Shown here piece by piece: positions 20,933 through 30,765 of a DNA stretch of 64,000 nt. The notes below the pieces were generated by a model. It was given only the letters and a program-made list of their open reading frames with translations, did no database searches and had not been told where the DNA came from. The translations under genes and the position numbers were made by a program. The stretch is taken from the NCBI GenBank assembly GCA_001567275.1, contig LNBX01000025.1, positions 77,454-141,453 of the forward strand, written 5' to 3'. The stretch's first letter is position 1. Each line of letters opens with the position of its first letter. The DNA is from Bacteroidetes bacterium OLB10 (lineage in GTDB: Bacteria > Bacteroidota > Bacteroidia > AKYH767-A > OLB10).

Positions 20933-21570
20933 AAGAGATTTTAATACTGGAAACAGGTGACAACACCTCTGACACCGCACTGACAAAAACAGAAAACAAA
21001 CTTACTGATGAGGAAAAAATAAGAAAGATTAAATATCACTTTTCAGAAATAATGGACACCCTTGGCCTTGATCTGACGGACGACAGCCTCAAAGGTACAC
21101 CTGAGCGAGTTGCAAAGATGTATGTGAAAGAAATTTTCAGTGGCTTGAATCCTGAAAACAAACCGCAAATTAGTTTGTTTGAAAACAAATACTCTTACAA
21201 ACGCATGCTCGTGGAAAAAGACATCACACTTTATTCAAGTTGCGAACATCATTTTGTTCCGATAATCGGTAAAGTGCATGTTGCTTACTTCCCCGGCAAA
21301 AACGTCATCGGCCTTTCAAAAATAAACCGTTTGGTACAGTATCATGCCAGGCGGCCTCAGGTGCAGGAACGTTTGACCATTCAGATTGCTGAAGCGATGA
21401 AAGAAGTTTTGGGACATGATGATGTGGCAGTTTATGTAGATGCCGATCATTTATGTGTGGCATCACGAGGCATTAAAGATACCAACAGCAGAACTTTGAC
21501 AAGCAGTTATTCGGGTTTGTTTGAAAAACAGGAAATCAAACAGGAATTTTTAGCTTACATCAACAACTAA
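20929..21570 (+). CDS. folE: GTP cyclohydrolase I
   Basis: 213 aa with GTPERVAKMY, the CEHHFVPIIGKVHVAY zinc-site motif and QVQERLT. Confidence 0.9.
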   Translation: MKEILILETGDNTSDTALTKTENKLTDEEKIRKIKYHFSEIMDTLGLDLTDDSLKGTPERVAKMYVKEIFSGLNPENKPQISLFENKYSYKRMLVEKDITLYSSCEHHFVPIIGKVHVAYFPGKNVIGLSKINRLVQYHARRPQVQERLTIQIAEAMKEVLGHDDVAVYVDADHLCVASRGIKDTNSRTLTSSYSGLFEKQEIKQEFLAYINN

Positions 21571-21579
21571 TTTCATGAC

Positions 21580-22248
21580 ATGGGACAAATCGTCAAAATA
21601 AAATCTATTGAACACCTCACACATGATGTTTTGCGCATCGTTGCTGAAAAGCCGGCAAATCTCAGCTACGAACCCGGACAGGCAGTTGACATTTCCATCA
21701 ACAAACCCGGCTGGGAAAAAGAATTAAGAGCATTTACATTCACGTCATTACCTGAAGATGATCACATTGAATTTTCTATCAAAACTTATCCTTCGCACAA
21801 TGGGGTAACCAATCAGTTGCTATCGCTGCATGCAGGTGATGAACTTATTGTGGGCGATGTTTTCGGAGATATTCATTACAAAGGCGAAGGAATATTTATT
21901 GCAGGTGGTGCCGGTGTAACTCCCTTCATTGCTATTCTGAAACATTTAGAGAAGAATAAAAAAATAGGAAAAAACAAACTCATATTCGCCAATAAAACCA
22001 AATCTGACATCATCCTTGAAGAAAAATTCAATAAACTTCTGGGTGAAAACTTTATCAATGTTCTGTCTAACGAAGAAATTGCAGGATATGAGCATGGTTT
22101 TATTACTGCTGAACTGCTGAAAAAACATAAAGGCTCTGAAAATGTGTTTTTCTATCTCTGCGGACCACCACCCATGATGGAAGCTATTGAAAAACATTTG
22201 GCATTGCTGGGTATTGCCAAAGAATTTATCGTGCGTGAAGCTTTCTGA
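21580..22248 (+). CDS. ferredoxin-NADP reductase-like FAD/NAD(P)-binding oxidoreductase
   Basis: 222 aa with FAD-binding R.FT/S-type and GGAGVTP NAD-binding motifs. 9 nt downstream of folE. Confidence 0.6.
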   Translation: MGQIVKIKSIEHLTHDVLRIVAEKPANLSYEPGQAVDISINKPGWEKELRAFTFTSLPEDDHIEFSIKTYPSHNGVTNQLLSLHAGDELIVGDVFGDIHYKGEGIFIAGGAGVTPFIAILKHLEKNKKIGKNKLIFANKTKSDIILEEKFNKLLGENFINVLSNEEIAGYEHGFITAELLKKHKGSENVFFYLCGPPPMMEAIEKHLALLGIAKEFIVREAF

Positions 22249-22427
22249 AAACGTTATGCTGAAAAACTGCATAACCGATTGGTTTCAGCATACTTTCAGC
22301 TGAAGTTGTGACTTAATTTTGGTTTTCAGTTATTTTTTCCGCCACATAAAATCAAACAGTTGTTGCTTTTGCTGAAACTTTTAAACACTTATGTGAAGTA
22401 ATCAACAAAAATCATCAGGCTGAATAA

Positions 22428-24092
<1,665 letters not shown>

Positions 24093-24178
24093 AGTTTTTT
24101 CATCAGGAAAATACGAACTCCTTCCTGTATTATTCATACTGCAGAATTGAACCTGCATAATTCCCGTATCTTTGCGCC

Positions 24179-24949
24179 ATGTCAAAACCCACTATTTTAG
24201 TTGTTAATGATGATGGCATTTCGGCACGCGGCATTCGTGCGCTGGTTGAAGCCATGAAAGAAATCGGAAATGTAACTGTGGTTGCTCCCGACAGCCCTCA
24301 ATCGGGTATGGGGCATGCCATCACCATACACAATCCATTGCGGCTCGACAAAGTTGATATTTTCAAAGATGTGGATGCCTGGCAATGCAGCGGCACGCCT
24401 GTTGACTGTGTTAAACTTGCAGTGAACAAAATTCTCAATCGCAAACCTGATATCTGTGTAAGTGGAATCAACCACGGCAGTAATTCTTCGATCAACGTAA
24501 TTTACTCAGGCACCATGTCGGCAGCTATGGAAGGAGCCATTGAAGGAATTCCGAGTATTGGTTTTTCACTGGTAGATTTCAATCTGGATGCCGACCTCAC
24601 TGCTGCAAAACATTATGCAGGGCTTATTACACGAACCGTGCTTAAAGGTGTACACTGGAAGGAGTTGTTGCTGAATGTAAACATCCCCAATCTGCCACTG
24701 AATGAAATGAAAGGAGTAAAAATCTGCCGTCAGGCAATGGCCAAGTGGAAAGAAGAGTTTGAAGAAAGACAGGATCCAAGCAAGCAAAAATATTTTTGGC
24801 TCACCGGTAAGTTTATCAATCCTGACTTGGGCGAAGACACTGATGAATGGGCTTTGGCAAATGGTTATGTATCGGTAGTTCCGGTAGAATTTGATTTCAC
24901 GGCTCACCATGCCATTCCGCGCCTCAACAAACTGTCATGGAATGATTAA
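24179..24949 (+). CDS. surE: 5'/3'-nucleotidase SurE
   Basis: 256 aa. N-terminus ILVVNDDGI..G is the SurE hallmark. Confidence 0.9.
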   Translation: MSKPTILVVNDDGISARGIRALVEAMKEIGNVTVVAPDSPQSGMGHAITIHNPLRLDKVDIFKDVDAWQCSGTPVDCVKLAVNKILNRKPDICVSGINHGSNSSINVIYSGTMSAAMEGAIEGIPSIGFSLVDFNLDADLTAAKHYAGLITRTVLKGVHWKELLLNVNIPNLPLNEMKGVKICRQAMAKWKEEFEERQDPSKQKYFWLTGKFINPDLGEDTDEWALANGYVSVVPVEFDFTAHHAIPRLNKLSWND

Positions 24950-25226
24950 ACGCATCCCCGATAATTTTCATACCGGTGTGTGGATTGCCGCAGTTGTTTC
25001 TGCACTTTCATATTTTATTATTGAATGGGCTGAGCCGATGATACAACATTCAGCAGCGTCTAAATACATTGCTTTTCCGAGATTATATTTCATGGTGTTT
25101 GCACTGCAGATTTTTGTATTGCGTTTGGCAATGGTCAACTGGCATAAGCACCGTTTTGCACAGGGTTGGATATTCACGGTGTTTATCTTTGCATTATTTA
25201 TTTTTTATCTGATTAAAAAAAGATAA
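24942..25226 (+). CDS. small membrane protein, possibly the N-terminal half of a gene split by an A7 frameshift
   Basis: Hydrophobic, about 94 aa from MIKRIP. Its stop lies 1 nt before the next ATG, beside the A7 run at 25215-25221. Confidence 0.4.
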   Translation: MIKRIPDNFHTGVWIAAVVSALSYFIIEWAEPMIQHSAASKYIAFPRLYFMVFALQIFVLRLAMVNWHKHRFAQGWIFTVFIFALFIFYLIKKR

Positions 25227-25227
25227 C

Positions 25228-25515
25228 ATGTCACAACGAAATCAGTTTTTAGCAGGATTTGCAGGCGGGCTGTTGGCGCCCTTGCTCGGATTTTATCTTT
25301 ATTATATTTCATTTTTCAGGCAGATGGACATCATTGCATTTTTTTATGCACTGCAAAACAACAATACCCTTGCTGCTGCCATCAGCCTGAGTCTGCTGGC
25401 AAACCTTGCACTGTTTTTTATACTGGACCGCTATGGAAAACTGAGAGCAGAACAGGGAGTGATTGCCGCTACTTTTATCTATGGATTTTATATACTTTAC
25501 CTTAAATTATTCTGA
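25228..25515 (+). CDS. small membrane protein, possibly the C-terminal half of the same gene
   Basis: 95 aa, three TM helices. With A6 instead of A7 it would fuse in frame to the preceding ORF (…YLIKKDNMSQRNQ…). Confidence 0.4.
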   Translation: MSQRNQFLAGFAGGLLAPLLGFYLYYISFFRQMDIIAFFYALQNNNTLAAAISLSLLANLALFFILDRYGKLRAEQGVIAATFIYGFYILYLKLF

Positions 25516-25520
25516 ATAAA

Positions 25521-26636
25521 ATGAGGTATTACATTGTTGCAGGAGAAGCTTCGGGTGATTTGCATGCTGCAAATCTTGCAATAGAATTGCATAAAGCAGA
25601 CCCTGCAGCAGTGATGCGCGGTTGGGGAGGCGACAGAATGCAGGCTGCCGGAGTTGAAGTGGTAAAACATTATCGTGAGCTGGCCTTTATGGGTTTTATT
25701 GAAGTAGTGAAAAATCTGAGAACTATTTTCCGGAATCTTGAAGCATGCAAAACAGATATATTGAAATTTAATCCTGATGTAGTCATATTGGTAGATTATC
25801 CGGGATTCAACCTGAGGCTGGCTGAGTTTTTAAAACAAAAAGGAATAAAAGTATTTTACTACATCTCACCACAGATATGGGCATGGAAGCAATCGCGCGT
25901 ACATAAAATAAAACGTACGGTTGACAAGATGTTTGTCATACTTCCATTCGAAAAAGATTTTTATAAAAAGTTTGATTACGATGTTGAATTCACAGGTCAT
26001 CCGCTGCTGGATGAAATCAAACGTATTAAAAATTCTTCTGCAACAGTTGCTCCTGTTGTGGATACCGATAAAAAAATAATTGCACTGCTGCCGGGCAGCC
26101 GTATGCAGGAAATAAAAGAAATGTTGCCGGTGATGGTGCATGCAGTAAGTCATTTCAAAAACTATCAGCCGGTAATAGCTGCAGCACCTACCATTCCGGA
26201 GTCATTTTATCAGTCGCTGGCAGCAAATATTCCTTTGGTACATGGTAAAACATACAGTTTGCTTCAGCAATCGTATGCAGCAATGGTAACGAGTGGCACT
26301 GCAACACTTGAAACAGCGCTCTTCAAAGTGCCTGAAGTGGTATGCTACAAAGGGAATCACTTATCTTATCTTATTGCACGGCAGTTGGTGAAAGTAAAAT
26401 ATATTTCGCTGGTGAATCTGATTTTAGACAGAATGCTTGTGAAGGAACTTATACAACAGGACATGAATGAACAATCACTTGTTGCTGAAATGAAGTTATT
26501 GCTCGAAGATGAAGGATATCGCAACAACATGCTGAAAGGATTTGATGAACTTATTCAATTGCTTGGCAGTGCGGGAGCTTCGGCTAAAGCTGCACAAAAA
26601 ATGTACAATTTGCTTCACAGTTCTCAGGCTAAATAA
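25521..26636 (+). CDS. lpxB: lipid-A-disaccharide synthase
   Basis: 371 aa. N-terminus YYIVAGEASGDLH is diagnostic for LpxB. Confidence 0.9.
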   Translation: MRYYIVAGEASGDLHAANLAIELHKADPAAVMRGWGGDRMQAAGVEVVKHYRELAFMGFIEVVKNLRTIFRNLEACKTDILKFNPDVVILVDYPGFNLRLAEFLKQKGIKVFYYISPQIWAWKQSRVHKIKRTVDKMFVILPFEKDFYKKFDYDVEFTGHPLLDEIKRIKNSSATVAPVVDTDKKIIALLPGSRMQEIKEMLPVMVHAVSHFKNYQPVIAAAPTIPESFYQSLAANIPLVHGKTYSLLQQSYAAMVTSGTATLETALFKVPEVVCYKGNHLSYLIARQLVKVKYISLVNLILDRMLVKELIQQDMNEQSLVAEMKLLLEDEGYRNNMLKGFDELIQLLGSAGASAKAAQKMYNLLHSSQAK

Positions 26637-26668
26637 ATAATATTTATTTTTATGCTAAAATAATTTTT

Positions 26669-27208
26669 GTGAAAACTAAAATATATTTCATTCTCGCAGC
26701 CATGATTTTGTCAGGCACGTCCTGTATGAAACAGGAAGCCGAAACAGACAATATACCGCAGGCTGCTGCAAGTTGTGATGACGGCATCATGAATCAGGGC
26801 GAAACAGATATTGACTGCGGTGGCCCCTGCCCTGTTTGTCTGGGCAACATCACAGCCGAGGTTGATGGTGCTGATTTTAATGCAGCTTCAGGAACGATAT
26901 CGAGTTTTTACAATAATGGTTCTTTTTTTATGACCGGCACTTCTACACCGGGTTCATTGTCGTTGATTTATTCAGGTGCGTTAACCACCGGCACTTATGC
27001 CAACTGCCAGGGGATGTTTACGAGCAGTTCTACATCTCAGAGTTATATAACAAACAATGCCACTGTTACTTTTACTTCTTTCAATTTTACGGATAGTGTA
27101 GCTGCAGGAACTTTTCAGTTTGATGCCATTAACTTAAATGTTGCTCCTCCTGATACTGTTCATATAACCAACGGTCAGTTTAAGAGAATTTCTTTTAAGA
27201 AAAATTAG
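26669..27208 (+). CDS. secreted lipoprotein with Cys-rich N-terminal module (DIDCGGPCPVC) and Thr/Ser-rich body
   Basis: Lipobox LSGTSC. The last 7 codons (RISFKKN) are encoded by the left direct repeat of the adjacent islet. Confidence 0.5.
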   Translation: MKTKIYFILAAMILSGTSCMKQEAETDNIPQAAASCDDGIMNQGETDIDCGGPCPVCLGNITAEVDGADFNAASGTISSFYNNGSFFMTGTSTPGSLSLIYSGALTTGTYANCQGMFTSSSTSQSYITNNATVTFTSFNFTDSVAAGTFQFDAINLNVAPPDTVHITNGQFKRISFKKN

Positions 27209-27215
27209 GTGGGTT
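27185..27215. repeat. left 30-bp direct repeat (AGAATTTCTTTTAAGAAAAATTAGGTGGGT) bounding the tRNA-proximal islet
   Basis: 30/31-nt identity with 28055-28085, one T/C mismatch. Confidence 0.85.
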
Positions 27216-27231
27216 GTTTACGTCTTACACC

Positions 27232-27327
27232 CAACAGTTCCGCAGTACTGCGGAATGCCGGGAGTCAGGTGATTCATATCCTGCGCGCACCCGTAGCCCT
27301 AAAGGGCGCTGGCGCGCTTCGAATATG
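27232..27327. repeat. ~96-bp GC-rich palindromic repeat element, copy 1 (contains the 18-bp palindrome TTCCGCAGTACTGCGGAA and a GCGCGC…GCGCGC stem-loop)
   Basis: Near-identical copy at 27603-27707. Partial copies of the palindrome core lie at 27729-27756 and 28004-28033. Confidence 0.8.
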
Positions 27328-27424
27328 AACTATGCAAAGAAAAGTTCTATTTTGATGTTGCTCTTATGGAGCTTAATAAACTATGCAAAGAAAAGTTCTA
27401 TTATGATGTTGCTCCTACGGGGCA
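27328..27424. repeat. tandem duplication, 2 x ~51 bp (AACTATGCAAAGAAAAGTTCTATT…)
   Basis: Two adjacent copies start at 27328 and 27379 and are about 90% identical. Confidence 0.8.
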
Positions 27425-27431
27425 TATTTTC

Positions 27432-27515
27432 TGCAATGAAAATCCAATAGACCAAATCGTTTATGAACTTTACGAGTTGACGGAAGAGGAAATAAAAATT
27501 GTGGAAAGCCACTAA
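27432..27515 (+). pseudogene. vestigial 3' end of a DNA methyltransferase/type IIG restriction-modification gene (C-terminal tail ENPIDQIVYELYELTEEEIKIVESH)
   Basis: 27 codons between stop codons. The tail matches the conserved C-terminus (…VYELYGLTEEEI.IVE) of Eco57I/PglX-type N6-adenine methyltransferases. No upstream coding body remains. Confidence 0.45.
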
Positions 27516-27602
27516 ACAGACAGAATTGCCAACGCTTCACAGCCTCGCAATTACTCATTAATACACCCAGCAAGAGGCAAGCTCTTGTTGACGTAAACAA
27601 CC

Positions 27603-27707
27603 CAGCCGTTCCGCAGTACTGCGGAATGCCGGGAGTTAGGGGAGTCAGGTGCTTCATATCCTGCTCGCACCCGTGGCCCTAAAGGGCGCTTACGCGCTTT
27701 GAATATG
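27603..27707. repeat. GC-rich palindromic repeat element, copy 2 (9-nt internal duplication relative to copy 1)
   Basis: Direct repeat of 27232-27327. Preceded by CGTAAACAACCC, the inverted copy of GGGTTGTTTACG at 27211-27222. Confidence 0.8.
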
Positions 27708-27756
27708 TTGCGCGTTGATGAACAACTCAGCAGTTCCGCAGTACGAGATGCCGGGT

Positions 27757-28003
27757 TGCAATTACTCAAAGTGGGAAAAATTTTCAAAAGTAATTGACAA
27801 AGCAAAATCTGCTTGCGAAGCCAGCGGAATTGTAGTGAAATATCATTTTCCTGATGTCGGGAAAATGGTTGATATTGGCAATGGAACACAGCGACCGGTT
27901 GAAGACCTAGCCCTCACAAGATACGCCTGTTATCTTGTTGCTCAGAATGGCGACCCGCCAAAAAGTGAAATTGCATTTGCTCAAACATTTTTTCTAACAC
28001 CCG
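27757..28003 (+). pseudogene. truncated DinD-like (DNA-damage-inducible protein D family) gene fragment, both ends replaced by palindromic repeat copies
   Basis: Internal region KSACEASGIVVKYHFPDVGKMVDIGNGTQRPVEDLALTRYACYLVAQNGDPPKSEIAFAQTFF matches the DinD core (ACEAS…KMV.LGSG.QRE.EDV.LSRYACYLVVQNGDP…QTYF) from memory. The N-terminal ~35 aa and the C-terminal half are absent. Confidence 0.5.
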
Positions 28004-28054
28004 GCATCCAGAAGTACTGCGGAATGCCGGGTATCAGACAACGGGTGTCAGACA

Positions 28055-28085
28055 AGAATTTCTTTTAAGAAAAATCAGGTGGGTA
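28055..28085. repeat. right 30-bp direct repeat bounding the islet
   Basis: Pairs with 27185-27215. Confidence 0.85.
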
Positions 28086-28161
28086 GATTAGTGTGTTATT
28101 TGCCTAAGAAGAAATCATAATAAAAATGGCTGCCTTAATTGAATAAAGCAGCCATCGGCAG

Positions 28162-28235
28162 TAGCGAAGGGGGGAATCGAACCCCCGACCTCAGGGTTAT
28201 GAATCCTGCGCTCTAACCACCTGAGCTACCTCGCC
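28162..28235 (-). tRNA. tRNA with CAT anticodon (Met elongator or Ile2-lysidine type), 74 nt, CCA not encoded
   Basis: Reverse complement gives GGCGAGGTAGCTCAGGTGGTTAGAGCGCAGGATTCATAACCCTGAGGTCGGGGGTTCGATTCCCCCCTTCGCTA. Canonical D-arm (GTAGCTCAG..GGTTAGAGC), anticodon loop TTCATAA and T-arm GGTTCGATTCC are present. Confidence 0.8.
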
Positions 28236-28298
28236 TGATTTTGAGGCTGCAAAAGTAGCATTCCGATTGATATGTGAAAGTAAAATGTGGAAATTTAG

Positions 28299-29540
28299 TT
28301 ATGAAATGAGGTGTTGTAGCTGTTTCATTACAGCATCTGTAGCTCCTGCATTTTCTGATACAAAATTTTTGCTGACGGCACCCGCATGCTCTGTAAACTC
28401 TTTCGTGGCGATGAATTTATTAAAAACAGTTTGCAACTGTGCTGCATCTGAAACGGCAAAGGCACCGCCCAGTTGAATCAGCCTTACAGCTTCGGCAAAC
28501 TTATGATAGTGCGGACCGAATACTACAGGTTTGCCGTAAACAGCACCTTCCAGAATGTTGTGTATGCCTTTGCCAAATCCTCCGCCAATATAACACCATG
28601 TGGCATAACGGTAAATTTTTGAAAGCATTCCAATGCGGTCAATGATGAGAACAGATGCCTGGGGCTGATGCAGATGATCTGCCTGAGAATAAAGAATACT
28701 TTTTTTGTAGAGTGATGTAAAAGAAGAAATGCTGCTTTCATTGACCTCGTGAGGAATGAGAATCATTTTTGCTGAGGGATTTTTGTTGATATACTCAGCA
28801 AGCAGCTTGTGATCCTGAGGCCAGGTGCTACCGGCAACAATTACCGGTTCATCAGTTTTCGAAAAATTTTCGATAACAGCATCGGAGAACGGAGTGCCCG
28901 GCAGCTGCACTACACGATCGAAACGTGTGTCGCCAGTAACAACAACCCGGTGTATGCCATGCTGCTTCAGCAATTCGGCTGAGGAATGATTCTGCACATA
29001 AAATGCGGAAGCTTTCCTGAGGATGCTGAGGAATGATTGTGCCCATGACTTAAAGAAAAACTGATTGCTCCGGAAAATAGCAGATACATAAACGAAAGGA
29101 ATTTTTTTACTGCTCAGCTCATTCATGTAATGAAACCAGAAATCATATTTTACAAATACTGCCAGCGATGGATTGAGCAACGATATCCATTTGCGTGCAT
29201 GAGCCACACTGTCAGAAGGTAAATAAAGCACACAATCGGCTGCAGCATCCTTTACGCCCTGCGCATAGCCAGATGGCGAAAAAAAAGTAAGTACAATTCT
29301 GTGATCGGGATAAGATGCTTTGAGTTTGTGCAGAACAGGGCGACCCTGCTCATACTCGCCAAAGGAAGAGCAATGAAACCAGATGTGCGGTGAGCGGTTT
29401 TGTTCAACTTCTTTCAGGAGTTTTTCGAAAACACCTTTCCTCCCATCACAAAAAAGTTTTGCCTTGGCACTGAACAGCGCTGCAACACAAGCTGCAAAAT
29501 GATAGAGTCGTATTCCAACGGAATATAACAACAGCATCAT
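28299..29540 (-). CDS. waaA: 3-deoxy-D-manno-octulosonic acid transferase
   Basis: 413 aa, KdtA/WaaA family N-terminus (…IWFHCSSFGEYEQGRPV…) and glycosyltransferase C-terminus. Confidence 0.85.
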   Translation of the reverse strand: MMLLLYSVGIRLYHFAACVAALFSAKAKLFCDGRKGVFEKLLKEVEQNRSPHIWFHCSSFGEYEQGRPVLHKLKASYPDHRIVLTFFSPSGYAQGVKDAAADCVLYLPSDSVAHARKWISLLNPSLAVFVKYDFWFHYMNELSSKKIPFVYVSAIFRSNQFFFKSWAQSFLSILRKASAFYVQNHSSAELLKQHGIHRVVVTGDTRFDRVVQLPGTPFSDAVIENFSKTDEPVIVAGSTWPQDHKLLAEYINKNPSAKMILIPHEVNESSISSFTSLYKKSILYSQADHLHQPQASVLIIDRIGMLSKIYRYATWCYIGGGFGKGIHNILEGAVYGKPVVFGPHYHKFAEAVRLIQLGGAFAVSDAAQLQTVFNKFIATKEFTEHAGAVSKNFVSENAGATDAVMKQLQHLIS

Positions 29541-30332
29541 CAGTAGTAATAATACTTATCGGGATTGGTATAAAACGGGAGTATCCATCCTAATTTAATC
29601 CCATAGAGTAAATCAAGTCTTTTTTCGTTATAAGGCTGCATGGTGTCGTATTGATAATCGCGTCTGCCGGCAGTAAATCCCTGAATGAAATTAAACCCTG
29701 CATAAAAGTTGATGAGTTTTCTGTTGCCATAATACACATAACCTAAAAATTCTTCAGCAATAATTCCATTGGTCAGTCTGTCGTATCCTTTGCGATAAGG
29801 CTTCTTCAACTCTACTACATTGTTTCCAATTGTTTCGATACGTATTTTATGCTGAATAAATCCTACTCCGCCATTGATCCAGATTCCGCTGTTGGGGTTT
29901 GGCTTTTTAAACGAAATAACTTTTCCGAAACTTACGCTGATGTGGTAGCCACGCTCAAATAATCTCACATCGGCAGTACGTCCGTCCTGACCGATAATGG
30001 TGCCACTGCCGGTAGAAATGCCTCCGAGCAATCCATGTTCCTTAATGGTGTTTCCGGAAATAAATCCACCCTGAACTGAATACGTCCAGTTTTTGGCTGT
30101 TTTGACACCAACCACTGCCTGCACACCATAATCGTTTCCGAAACGTTTTTTTCATATCGCCACCCGGAATATGTCCTTCAGCACCCAATCCGAAAAACGG
30201 AACTATAATTGCAGAATCGCGAACCAAAGCCTGACCGCTTACGCATGATACTGATGTCATCAGCACAAGCAATGATAAAACACTTCTGAAACAGGTTTTA
30301 AAAAAACACATCCGCTTTTTACTTATCAGCAA
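29540..30332 (-). pseudogene. outer-membrane beta-barrel family protein, split by a +1 frameshift in a T7 run at 30146-30152
   Basis: Signal peptide plus …GLGAEGHIPGGDMKK lie in one frame (30332-30042). …RFGNDYGVQAVVGVKTAKNW… and the remaining 194 aa lie in another. A6 instead of A7 on the coding strand fuses them. Confidence 0.7.
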
Positions 30333-30765
30333 TTAAGAGTTTTTTGATTTTTGGAACAGGCCCCGGGCAATGGCTGCTATGACATGCCAGGCAGGCGTTC
30401 ACAATATTATTGTAGCTCTTAACCCTGTTGACATCGGAAGAAGATTCATAATTTTCGAGTGCCTGAAGATATAAATCCGCAAATGTTGTGTAATACTCAT
30501 TCTTGGTATGATCATCCGTTGGAGTGGCTGTATTAATTGCAAGAAAAGATTTTGGATAAGAAACCTTCTTATTACTTGCCAGTGCCTGACGCGCTTCTGC
30601 AGCATGGTCATACATTTTGCGCATCAGCAACGAAAGTTCGCTGCTTTTGTTGGGGTTGATGTCAGTAGTATCAGCCGAAGCAGTATTACTCCAGTCGGGA
30701 TTGTAGTTATAGGATGTTATAGAAATAAAAACACCTACAACAATAATGGCAATAATTTTATTCAT
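30319..30765 (-). CDS. secreted small protein with a single C-terminal CXXCH haem-binding motif (putative c-type cytochrome)
   Basis: Signal anchor MNKIIAIIVVGVFISITS, C-terminal NACLACHSSHCPG. Overlaps both neighbouring genes. Confidence 0.5.
   Translation of the reverse strand: MNKIIAIIVVGVFISITSYNYNPDWSNTASADTTDINPNKSSELSLLMRKMYDHAAEARQALASNKKVSYPKSFLAINTATPTDDHTKNEYYTTFADLYLQALENYESSSDVNRVKSYNNIVNACLACHSSHCPGPVPKIKKLLIADK

Noticed and set aside
22262-22300. Possible terminator hairpin (TGCTGAAA…TTTCAGCA) after the FNR-like gene
   Set aside because: The stem is only 8 bp with an 18-nt loop and no T-tract. Too weak to call.
27214-27450. 78-aa ORF MFTSYTQQFRSTAECRES… across the repeat region
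   Set aside because: It is translated straight through palindromic repeat copies and the 51-bp tandem duplication, giving a duplicated peptide (NYAKKSSI…). It is a by-product of repeats, not a gene.
28162-28235. Initiator tRNA-fMet assignment for the CAT tRNA
   Set aside because: The anticodon stem lacks three consecutive G-C pairs (the third pair is A·C) and the 1-72 pair is G·U rather than a C-A-type mismatch. Elongator Met or lysidine-Ile2 is more likely.
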